Source: Myxococcales bacterium
Lineage (GTDB): Bacteria; Myxococcota_A; UBA9042; JABWCM01; BTVJ01
Direction: 5' to 3'
Assembly (NCBI GenBank): GCA_045863395.1
Contig: BTVJ01000075.1
Span: 1 to 35,495, forward strand
Length of the DNA stretch: 35,495 nucleotides
Made by a program: the position numbers and the translations under genes. Of the stretch, positions 9,258 through 18,788 are shown one piece after another. Every line of letters starts with the position of its first letter. Position 1 is the first letter of the stretch. The notes under the pieces were generated by a model. It had not been told where the DNA came from. It saw only the letters and a program-made list of their open reading frames with translations, and did not search any database.

Positions 9258-9782
9258 TCATGCGCGGCTCCGGTCCGGAACGACCGGCACCCGCTTCGCT
9301 CGCTCACGCTCGATGAGCGCGCGGGACTCGGTGAGGAACTCCTTGATCCTCCGCCGCACGGTCGGCACCGAGACTCCCAGGCCGTCCGCGATGCGCTCCA
9401 CGCTCAGCTCGTCGAAGAAGTACCCCACGATCACCGCCTCGGTCTGCGTCGTGGACCTGGCGAGCAGCCGCGCCACCAGGTCTCGGCGCTCGATCAGCGT
9501 GTGCAGCCACCGGCCGTCATCGGCGGGGACCGAGTCCAGCTCCTCGGAGACCTCCGTCCGCCGGGAGCGACGGTTGCGGAGCTGGTTCAGGCAGTAGTTG
9601 GTAGTCACGCGGTTCAGCCACGGCAGGAGATCCTGGTCGTCGGCCAGGGTGTCGGCGCTGCGCAGCAGTCGCACGAACACCTCGTGCATGGCGTCCTGTG
9701 CTTCGTCTTCGCGCCCGAGCAGATCCCTGCATCGCTTGTAGATATAGAAGCCGTAGTCCGCGTAGAGCCGTTCGACATCCAA
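9258..9782 (-). CDS. ECF-family RNA polymerase sigma-70 factor
   Basis: Probable TTG start after AAGGGA. Region 2 reads EAQDAMHEVFVRL...WLNRVTTNYCLNQLR. Region 4 reads IADGLGVSVPTVRRRI. Confidence 0.9.
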   Translation of the reverse strand: MDVERLYADYGFYIYKRCRDLLGREDEAQDAMHEVFVRLLRSADTLADDQDLLPWLNRVTTNYCLNQLRNRRSRRTEVSEELDSVPADDGRWLHTLIERRDLVARLLARSTTQTEAVIVGYFFDELSVERIADGLGVSVPTVRRRIKEFLTESRALIERERAKRVPVVPDRSRA

Positions 9783-9912
9783 CCGCGTGCGTCCCTTCGT
9801 CGAGCCGGGCCAGCGTCCCCGGTGGCCCAGGGAAGCTCCACGAGTGTAGAACCCGCGGTCGCAGCCGACTTGATCAATAATTGTGTCGGGGGGACGGGAG
9901 CCAGGGCCGCGG

Positions 9913-11034
9913 TCAGGCCTCGTGGTAGGTGAAGGTGCGCTGCTGGAAGTTGCGGAGTGTCCAGGTCTTGCCGTCATGCGAGACCACGTAGCTCGGCGCG
10001 ACGGGGATCTTGCCCCCACCCCCCGGCGCGTCCACGACGAAGGTCGGGACGCCGAGGCCGCTCATGTGCCCCCGGAGCCCCTCCATGATCTCGATGCCCT
10101 TCGACACGGGCGTGCGGAAGTGGCTGATGCCCTCGCTCAGGTCGCACTGGTAGATGTAGTACGGCTTGACGCGCATGCGCAGCAGCTTCCGGTTGAGCTC
10201 GCGCACGGTCTCCACGTCGTCGTTGACCCCCTTGAGCAGCACCATCTGGTTCTGGATGGGCGTGCCCGTCTCCGCGACGCGGTCACACGCCTCCCACGCC
10301 TCGTCCGTGATCTCTCGCGGGTGGTTGAAGTGCGTGTTGAAGTAGATGGCCAGGGAGTGGCTCTGGAACTCGCGGATCACGCCGCACAGCTCCGGCGTGA
10401 TGCGCTGCGGCAGGGTCACCAGGTTCCGGCTGCCGATGCGGCACATGACCACGTTGTCGGCGTCATTCAGGCGCTTCAGGATGTAGGCGAGGCGCTCGTC
10501 GGACAGGGAGAGCGGGTCGCCACCCGAGATCACCACGTCCTTCACCGCCGGGTTGCCCGTGATGTAGGCGAGGCCCTGCTCCAGCGCGGCCTTGGCCTGG
10601 GCGCTGGTCGGGTCGCTCACCTTGCGCTTGCGGGTACAGAAGCGGCAGTACATGGCGCAGTTGTGGTTCGTGTAGAGCAGGACGCGGTCCGGGTAGCGGT
10701 GGGTCACCCCCGGCGCGACCATGTCGCCCTCTTCGTTGAGCGGGTCCTTCAGGTCCGTCGGCAGGGTCAAGAGCTCGCCGAGCTTCGGCACGGCCTGGAG
10801 GCGGATGGGGCAGTCCGGGTCGTCCGGGTCCATCAGGCTGGCGTAGTAGGGCGTGATGCCCATGTGGAACAGCTCGTCGGATGCGGCGAAGGCGTCGCGC
10901 TCCTCGTCGGTGACGCGGATGACCTTCTCGAGCTCGTCCATCCTGGTGATGCGGCTGCGCTGCTGCCACCGCCAGTCGGTCCACTGGTCGTCGGTGACAC
11001 TCGCGTAGCAGGCGCTCTTCACGATCTTTGCCAT
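9913..11034 (-). CDS. kamA: KamA-family radical SAM enzyme, probable L-lysine 2,3-aminomutase
   Basis: W-x-DW-x-WQ, HRYPDRVL, CAMYCRFCTRKR, SGGDPL, HFNHPRE, PYYIYQCD and the PLP lysine in VVDAPGGGGKIP. Confidence 0.9.
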   Translation of the reverse strand: MAKIVKSACYASVTDDQWTDWRWQQRSRITRMDELEKVIRVTDEERDAFAASDELFHMGITPYYASLMDPDDPDCPIRLQAVPKLGELLTLPTDLKDPLNEEGDMVAPGVTHRYPDRVLLYTNHNCAMYCRFCTRKRKVSDPTSAQAKAALEQGLAYITGNPAVKDVVISGGDPLSLSDERLAYILKRLNDADNVVMCRIGSRNLVTLPQRITPELCGVIREFQSHSLAIYFNTHFNHPREITDEAWEACDRVAETGTPIQNQMVLLKGVNDDVETVRELNRKLLRMRVKPYYIYQCDLSEGISHFRTPVSKGIEIMEGLRGHMSGLGVPTFVVDAPGGGGKIPVAPSYVVSHDGKTWTLRNFQQRTFTYHEA

Positions 11035-11053
11035 GTAAACCTCGGTGCGCGTC

Positions 11054-11458
11054 TCACGAGCGCTGGTCGCCGTCGTCCGCGACCTGGTCGCCGCACGCCT
11101 CGCAGGGGCACATGTCCCGGAGGTAGCGGAAGGAGTAGATGCCCTCGTCGTGGCCGTCGACCCACGTGAACGCGATGGCGTAGCTGCCGACCGGGGCGAC
11201 GGCCTTCACCTTGGCCGGCGCGGGGGTCGCCATGGCGACCTGCTTGTCGGTCAGGATGTTGAACCGCTTCGCAGGCGGCTGGCTGAGCGGAGGCGCGTCG
11301 TGGGAGCCTCGGCACACGGCGCAGGGGCAGATGCGCCGCAGGTAGGGGAGGCCATAGACGCTCTCATGACCGTCCCGCCACGTGATGCCGACCTTGGAAC
11401 CGTCCTCGAGCCACTTCAGGTCGCGGGGCTCGATCTCCGCCTGGGGGCGCTCCATCAT
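11054..11458 (-). CDS. DUF971 (GBBH N-terminal-like) metal-binding protein
   Basis: ITWRDGHES-x-Y...LRRICPCAVC and VGSYAI...DGH...GIYSFRYLR. Confidence 0.85.
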   Translation of the reverse strand: MMERPQAEIEPRDLKWLEDGSKVGITWRDGHESVYGLPYLRRICPCAVCRGSHDAPPLSQPPAKRFNILTDKQVAMATPAPAKVKAVAPVGSYAIAFTWVDGHDEGIYSFRYLRDMCPCEACGDQVADDGDQRS

Positions 11459-11466
11459 GGGGCGGG

Positions 11467-11495
11467 AACGTAGTGCGAAGCGATCAGGGAGTCAA
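11467..11495 (-). promoter_or_regulatory. Putative sigma70 promoter immediately before the DUF971 start (likely leaderless transcript)
   Basis: TTGACT-N17-TACGTT, then 8 nt (CCCGCCCC) to the ATG. No Shine-Dalgarno sequence. Confidence 0.6.
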
Positions 11496-11524
11496 CAGGG
11501 GCGCGCCCCTGCCCGTGACAGGCG

Positions 11525-12376
11525 TCAGGGGTAGAGCAGGCGGCTGACCGTGTCGGCGAGGGTGCCGATGGCGTCACCGTCACCGATGAGCTGCTCGGAC
11601 AGGCTCCCGAGCGTCTCGGAGGTCTGGCGTGCGCGACGGCCCACACGCTTCAGGTCGACGGACGCCTGGGCGATGCGCGCCGCGCCCACCTGCCAGAAGG
11701 GGTCGAGGCGGTCGGCGGCAGCGCCCATGTCACCGGACGCCCGCGCGACGACACGCGCCATGATCTCCGCGCGTGCGGCACCCTCGCGCACGGTCCCCGC
11801 GGCCTTGCGGAGCGCGTCCTGGAGGGCCCGTGACGCGGAGACGAGCTGCCGGATCTCCGCTGGGTCCAGATCGTTGGCCCGGTCGACGAGCGCGAGGACG
11901 CGCGTCACGGAGGCCGTCGAGGTGGTGAGGGTCTCGTGGGCCGGGCCGTCGAGCCACTGGAGGGATGGCTCCAGGTAGACGTACAGCGGGGACACGCCGA
12001 TGCCCTCGAGGAAGTCGGTCGTCGTCATGATCGCGAGCGGCGGCAGGTCGGGGCGGAGGACCTTCATGCCCACGCTGCACTCGGTGAGCGTCTCGCACCA
12101 GGCGGCGAGCTCCTTCAGGCGCTTGCGCGTCTCCTGGAGCTCCCCGAGCCAGGAGAGCTGCCAGCGCAGGTCTGCCTCCAGATCGGCTGCGGCCCGGAGG
12201 CGCTCGTGCAGCCCGAGCTCTGCGATGCTGCGCACGGATGCCGCCCGGATCGCCTCGACGGTCGCCGGCACACGGCGGCGCTCTACCTGATCGAGCTTCT
12301 GCTCTCCCCCACAGGCCGCGAGGAGGAGCGCCAGCGCTGCCCCGCGCCTAAAGCAGGTGGTCGAGCGAGGTGGCAT
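11525..12376 (-). CDS. Hypothetical alpha-helical lipoprotein
   Basis: AALALLLAAC lipobox and Ala/Leu-rich heptad-like helices. The start overlaps the argH 3' end. Confidence 0.7.
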   Translation of the reverse strand: MPPRSTTCFRRGAALALLLAACGGEQKLDQVERRRVPATVEAIRAASVRSIAELGLHERLRAAADLEADLRWQLSWLGELQETRKRLKELAAWCETLTECSVGMKVLRPDLPPLAIMTTTDFLEGIGVSPLYVYLEPSLQWLDGPAHETLTTSTASVTRVLALVDRANDLDPAEIRQLVSASRALQDALRKAAGTVREGAARAEIMARVVARASGDMGAAADRLDPFWQVGAARIAQASVDLKRVGRRARQTSETLGSLSEQLIGDGDAIGTLADTVSRLLYP

Positions 12377-13784
12377 CCCGCAGCTCTCCGATGCGTCCGC
12401 GGCGCTTCTCCAGCCGGGCCGCCGCAGCGTCCAGGGCTGCCGCGACGCGCCCGGGCGCGGGCCCTCCCAGCACGTCGCGGCGGGCGACGCTCCGGGCGGG
12501 GTCCAGGGCGTCGACCAGGGAGGGGTCGTCGATGCCCGTGAGGGCGGCCAGCTCGGCTGAGCCCAGCGACTCGATGCTGCGCCCCTGGTCGGAGCACGCA
12601 GCCACCACGCTCCCGACGACGTGGTGCGCCTCACGGAAGGGCATGCCGCGCTCGACGAGGGCGTCCGCCAGGTCCGTCGCGGTGAGGTGCCCCGCCGCGA
12701 GGGCGGCGCGCATCCGGTCCTCTCGCAGCCGCGCCCGCTCCAGCATCCGCGCGGTCACCGTCAGGCAGGCGAGCACCGTGTCCGCCGCGTCGAAGAGCGG
12801 CTCCTTGTCCTCCTGCATGTCCTTGTTGTATGCGAGCGGCAGGCCCTTCATCACCGTGAGCAGCGCGACGAGGTCCCCGGTGACCCGCCCCGTCTTGCCC
12901 CGCACCAGCTCCGGGATGTCCGGGTTCTTCTTCTGGGGCATGATGCTCGACCCGGTGCAGAACGCGTCCGGCAGCTCGATGAACCCGAACTCCTGGCTCG
13001 TCCAGAGGACCAGCTCCTCGCTGAGCCGAGAGAGGTGCACCTGGCAGATGGCCGCCACCGCGCAGAACTCCAGGGCAAAGTCCCGGTCGCTGACGCCGTC
13101 CAGGCTGTTTCGGGTGATGCCGTCGAAGCGCAGGTCGCGGGCGACCATCTCCCGGTCGATGGGGAAGGGGGTCGCGGCCAGCGCCCCCGACCCGAGCGGC
13201 AGCACGTTGGTGCGCCCGAAGGAATCGAGCAGGCGATCACCGTCACGCTCCAGCATCTCCACGTAGGCCAGGAAGTGGTGCGCCGCGGTGACCGGCTGCG
13301 CCCGCTGGAGGTGGGTGTACCCCGGCATCAAGACGCCGTGGCCTGCCCGGGCAAGCGCTATCAGGGACCCTTGCAGCTCGGTGGCTGCCTCGGCGACGTC
13401 CAGAATGGCCCGCCGCAGCCACAGCCGCACGTCGAGGGCCACCTGGTCGTTGCGGCTGCGGGCGGTGTGCAGGCGGCCGGCCGGCTCCCCGATGCGCTCC
13501 GCCAGGGCGGCCTCCACGTTCATGTGGACATCCTCACGGTCGGTCCGCCACGTGAACCGCCCCTCCTCGATGTCATCGAGCACCGAACGCAGGCCACCGA
13601 CGATGGCGTCGCGGTCCGCCACGGTGATCACTCCGACGGCGGCCAGCATACGGGCATGGGCCACGCTTCCGAGGACGTCCTCCCGAGCGAGGCGCTGGTC
13701 GAAGGCTACCGACGCGTTCAGCTCCTCCACCAGGCGATCCGTCGCCTCGCGGAAGCGTCCGCCCCAAAGCTTCTTCTCTGTCAT
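12348..13784 (-). CDS. argH: Argininosuccinate lyase
   Basis: KLWGGRF, HTARSRNDQV, MPGYTHLQRAQP, signature GSSIMPQKKNPD and AYNKDMQEDKE. Confidence 0.97.
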   Translation of the reverse strand: MTEKKLWGGRFREATDRLVEELNASVAFDQRLAREDVLGSVAHARMLAAVGVITVADRDAIVGGLRSVLDDIEEGRFTWRTDREDVHMNVEAALAERIGEPAGRLHTARSRNDQVALDVRLWLRRAILDVAEAATELQGSLIALARAGHGVLMPGYTHLQRAQPVTAAHHFLAYVEMLERDGDRLLDSFGRTNVLPLGSGALAATPFPIDREMVARDLRFDGITRNSLDGVSDRDFALEFCAVAAICQVHLSRLSEELVLWTSQEFGFIELPDAFCTGSSIMPQKKNPDIPELVRGKTGRVTGDLVALLTVMKGLPLAYNKDMQEDKEPLFDAADTVLACLTVTARMLERARLREDRMRAALAAGHLTATDLADALVERGMPFREAHHVVGSVVAACSDQGRSIESLGSAELAALTGIDDPSLVDALDPARSVARRDVLGGPAPGRVAAALDAAAARLEKRRGRIGELRDATSLDHLL

Positions 13785-13801
13785 GGTGTCTCTTGCGCGC
13801 G

Positions 13802-15772
13802 CTAGAACATCAGGAAGATGCGGCCCTGCAGCGTCATGGCGAACTCGGCGCCGATGGCGTTGGTCGCGCCGTTGAAGCCGCTGACCAGATCGAAGGCGCC
13901 GCCGGGGACGAAGGTGCCCCACGCCAGGTCGGCGCGGAACTTGTTCTTCTCTTCATAGAAGAGGGAGGCGTCGAACTCGATGCCATACCAGGCCTCGTTG
14001 CCCGGAGTGGCCTCCTTCTCCATGGCGAAGGCGGTGATGATGTCGATGCGGCCGCCCAGGGCGTCGTCGGCGCTGTCGAACAGGTCGTACTGGACGGACG
14101 GCTTCACGTAGTAGGCGTTGGTCACCGCCCCGATGAGCTCGCGGAAGAGGATCAGGTCCACGGTGTAGTTCTTGTCGAACTTGAAGTTGGTGATCTTCTC
14201 GTTCGTGACCTTTCCGCCGCCGCCGGCCGAGGCGTCCTTGCCCGCCGCGAAGTTCACCCGGTCGAGAACACCGAAGTACTCGGCGTCGTCGCCGCTGGCG
14301 ACGCCGAACTCGAGCCCGACCTGGAGACCGCCGTGGTCGTAGCTGGAGCGCAGCACACCGCCCCACTGGGTGATCGTCTTCTTCTTGGCGTCCTCGACGT
14401 TGTCGACCGTCTGGGCGACCTCCCCGTAGATGAACGCTGCCTCCAGCTCGATGAGCAGGCGCTGCCCGAAGGTGGGCTGCCACTCGAACTTCATCCAGAC
14501 GTCGGGGATCACCGCCCAGCCGTCCCGCTTGACGAACTTGAACTTGTCGAACGTGGCCGGAGTGACCGTGTTGGACGTGGGGAAGCCCGTCGCCCCCGTC
14601 ACGGTGGGCGCGAAGGTGGGCTGGTTGTCGCTCACCAGGTCGAAGCTCTGCTGGCGATAGACCGTGTAGACGCCCCAGTCGAAGGCGGGCTTGCGGTCCA
14701 CGGTCAGGAGCTGCTGCCGCTGGTCCTTCTCTTCGTCCGTCATCGGGCGCTGGAACACGGTCGCCACAACCTCCAGCACGTCGTCCTGTTGGTCCGCGTC
14801 GTGGGGCTGGCCGAAGTACTGGTTCGGGTCCTGCGCGATGAGCCCCTCGCCCACGAAGTCCCACATGACGCCGATGTAGATGCCATAGAGCCGCGTGACC
14901 AGGAGCACACGGTCCACGTAGTCGCCGTAGTCGCTGTCGAGGGAGGTGCCCCCGTTGGCGAGGATTCCGAGGCCCCAGTCGCTCGCCATGCGCCCCGCTC
15001 GGAACAGTCCGAAGATCGCGTTGATCTCGGCGTAGGCCTCCTTCACCCGCACCGCGTCGACCAGCGCGTTGCGGCCCGCCTCCGGCGACGCCTGGCCGCC
15101 GGCGAACAGCACGAGCGGGGCGTCAGGCCGCAGGTAGCCGTAGTCCGGCGTGCTGCCGAGCACGATGTTGTCGAGGACGTCGAAGGTCGCCTTGATGCGG
15201 AGCCACTCGGCCACGTGCACCGTGGGCGAGTACCGGAACCGGATGTTCGCGCCGGCGATCGTGTTCTCGTCCCGCGTGTCACCGTCGAGCTGGCTCTTCG
15301 GGTCGGCGTTGATCTTGTTCCGCGTGAGCGGCGGGTAGAACCCCGTCGTGGTGATGGTCTCCCCATTGAGCCCGGCGCCGATGGTGCCCAGGTGGAGGCG
15401 GTAGAACATATCTGCCCGGAAGCGGAAGTAGCCGTGGTGCTCCAGGTAGGGGTAGGTCTTGGGCTGCTCCTCCTCGAGCACGCTCCAGCCCTCGTCGCTG
15501 CCTTCCTCGTCCAGCTCCTCCGTCAGCTCGTCGAGGAGCGACTTGGAGCCGCTGCTGCCCGCGTCCTCCTCCTCTTCCTCATCGGCCTCGACGGCGACCT
15601 CGGCCTTGGGCGGGTCCGGGAGCTTGACCGGCTCGGCGGGCGGCGTTGGAGAGTCGTCGGAGGCGCCCTCGGCAGCCGGAGCTGGCTCATCGCCTGCGGG
15701 CTCCTGCGCCTGGGCGGTGGCCAGCAGGCCGAAGAGGAGGGCGCCGATGCACCCGGCTCGGAAGATGCGCAT
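13802..15772 (-). CDS. TIGR04551-like myxobacterial outer-membrane beta-barrel protein (copy 1)
   Basis: AAGGAGG RBS, signal peptide and acidic linker. HGYFRFR, ANIRFR, DVLDNIVLGSTP, GRMASDWGLG, VDLILFRELIGAVTNAYYVKP. Ends in Phe. Confidence 0.8.
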   Translation of the reverse strand: MRIFRAGCIGALLFGLLATAQAQEPAGDEPAPAAEGASDDSPTPPAEPVKLPDPPKAEVAVEADEEEEEDAGSSGSKSLLDELTEELDEEGSDEGWSVLEEEQPKTYPYLEHHGYFRFRADMFYRLHLGTIGAGLNGETITTTGFYPPLTRNKINADPKSQLDGDTRDENTIAGANIRFRYSPTVHVAEWLRIKATFDVLDNIVLGSTPDYGYLRPDAPLVLFAGGQASPEAGRNALVDAVRVKEAYAEINAIFGLFRAGRMASDWGLGILANGGTSLDSDYGDYVDRVLLVTRLYGIYIGVMWDFVGEGLIAQDPNQYFGQPHDADQQDDVLEVVATVFQRPMTDEEKDQRQQLLTVDRKPAFDWGVYTVYRQQSFDLVSDNQPTFAPTVTGATGFPTSNTVTPATFDKFKFVKRDGWAVIPDVWMKFEWQPTFGQRLLIELEAAFIYGEVAQTVDNVEDAKKKTITQWGGVLRSSYDHGGLQVGLEFGVASGDDAEYFGVLDRVNFAAGKDASAGGGGKVTNEKITNFKFDKNYTVDLILFRELIGAVTNAYYVKPSVQYDLFDSADDALGGRIDIITAFAMEKEATPGNEAWYGIEFDASLFYEEKNKFRADLAWGTFVPGGAFDLVSGFNGATNAIGAEFAMTLQGRIFLMF

Positions 15773-15863
15773 GATCCAGGTGCCTCCTTCGGGACGCCGT
15801 GGGGACGCCGGGACCACGGGGGGTCGAACGGCCGCCCGATTCAATCGAATGCCCTCGCAGATG

Positions 15864-16277
15864 TCAAGGCGCTGGCGCGCTCTCCAGGAGCTCTGCCAGC
15901 ACCCCGTTGCAGCTTCTCGGGTGCATGAAGGCCACGGGCAGGCCCTCGGCGCCGATGGACGGCTCCGGCGACACCATCCGGACCCCCTTGGACTGGACGT
16001 CGGCGATCTTGGCGCGGATGTCGTCCACCTCGAAGCACACGTGGTGGATGCCCTCGCCCCGCTTGTCCAGGAACGTCGAGATCTCGCTGCGCTCATGCAG
16101 CGGCTCGAGCAGCTCGACCAGCGTCTCGCCCGCCCGCAGGAAGGCGACACGCAGGCCACGCTCGGGCAGCTCCTTCGTCGACTCGTGCTCGAGGCCGAGC
16201 GCGTCCCTCCAGAATGACAGCGCCGCGTCGATGTTGTGTACGGCGATGCCCAGGTGCGCGATCCCCTTTGGCTTCAT
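15864..16277 (-). CDS. mce: Methylmalonyl-CoA epimerase (VOC family)
   Basis: HLGIAV, VELLEP, FLDKRGEGIHHVCFEV and AFMHPRSCNGVL-x-EL. Confidence 0.9.
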   Translation of the reverse strand: MKPKGIAHLGIAVHNIDAALSFWRDALGLEHESTKELPERGLRVAFLRAGETLVELLEPLHERSEISTFLDKRGEGIHHVCFEVDDIRAKIADVQSKGVRMVSPEPSIGAEGLPVAFMHPRSCNGVLAELLESAPAP

Positions 16278-16296
16278 TTGGCATCCTCCAGATACG

Positions 16297-16330
16297 CCGA
16301 AGCCCCGGACCGCGAGGTCCGGGGCTCCGA
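16297..16330 (-). terminator. Strong hairpin after groEL (terminator or mRNA-stabilising stem)
   Basis: Perfect 11-bp stem AGCCCCGGACC-gcga-GGTCCGGGGCT at 16301-16326, extendable with G-U pairs. The U-tract is weak. Confidence 0.6.
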
Positions 16331-16355
16331 CTGGCTCGCCAGGTGCTGGCGACGG

Positions 16356-18080
<1,725 letters not shown>

Positions 18081-18178
18081 TCAGGTCTTCTTCAGGCACT
18101 CTCAGTCAATCCGGGGTCCCCGGGCCTCTATGACAGCCCCAGGGTTGACCTCTCGACATGGGCGTTTCGGGGATGCGC

Positions 18179-18469
18179 TCAGCCCTCGATGATGCCGAGG
18201 ATGTCGTCCTCGCGCATGATCAGGTGCTCGTCGCCATCGATCTTGATCTCGGTGCCGGCGTACTTGCCGAAGAGGATCTTGTCCCCCTCCTTCACCGTGA
18301 GCTTGCGGCGCGTCCCGTCCTCGAGGACCTTGCCCTGGCCGGCAGCGATCACGCGCCCCTCGATGGGCTTCTCCTTCGCCGTGTCGGGGATGATGATGCC
18401 GCCCTTGGAGACCTGCTCCGAGTCCAGGCGCTTGACGATGACGCGATCATGGAGCGGTGTGATCTTCAT
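18179..18469 (-). CDS. groS: Co-chaperonin GroES
   Basis: [14 protein letters not shown]...[13 protein letters not shown]...[11 protein letters not shown], 96 aa. Confidence 0.98.
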   Translation of the reverse strand: MKITPLHDRVIVKRLDSEQVSKGGIIIPDTAKEKPIEGRVIAAGQGKVLEDGTRRKLTVKEGDKILFGKYAGTEIKIDGDEHLIMREDDILGIIEG

Positions 18470-18530
18470 GCTCTGCCTCTCTGCGTGTCGACGATGAATC
18501 GAAAGATTTCGGGGCTTTTTGGACTTCATT

Positions 18531-18557
18531 CTGGCACTCGCCCCTAGGGAGTGCCAA
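18531..18557. promoter_or_regulatory. CIRCE element (HrcA operator)
   Basis: CTGGCACTC-N9-GAGTGCCAA against the consensus TTAGCACTC-N9-GAGTGCTAA, about 60 nt upstream of groES. Confidence 0.92.
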
Positions 18558-18663
18558 AGCGCACGGCGCAATATATTCGAGCAGCAGCGGTTTGCAACCC
18601 ACATGACGGCACATTTTCGGGGTGCCCGCTGGACTGGTGGCTCGGACCGCCAACGCCGGGGCG

Positions 18664-18691
18664 AATGTATGGGGGGGGGCAGGTTTGTCAA
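18664..18691 (-). promoter_or_regulatory. Putative groESL promoter
   Basis: Minus strand reads TTGACA-N16-TACATT. It also contains a sigma32-like CCCCAT. Confidence 0.55.
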
Positions 18692-18788
18692 CCCCCACAA
18701 GCGCCACTATACTGCGCAGCATTCACGGCGGCGGAGGGTGACGGCGCGTGCGGAGCGCCCCCGAGCCGGCCCAACCCCTGGGGTCCCC

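Noticed and set aside
9840..9885. TGCGACCG...CTACAC shared between the ECF upstream region and the 1255-1282 region as an ECF promoter
   Set aside because: The spacing differs (6 versus 10 nt), so it is probably chance.
18094..18110. GGCACTC half-site between groES and groEL as a second CIRCE
   Set aside because: No matching arm at 9-nt spacing.
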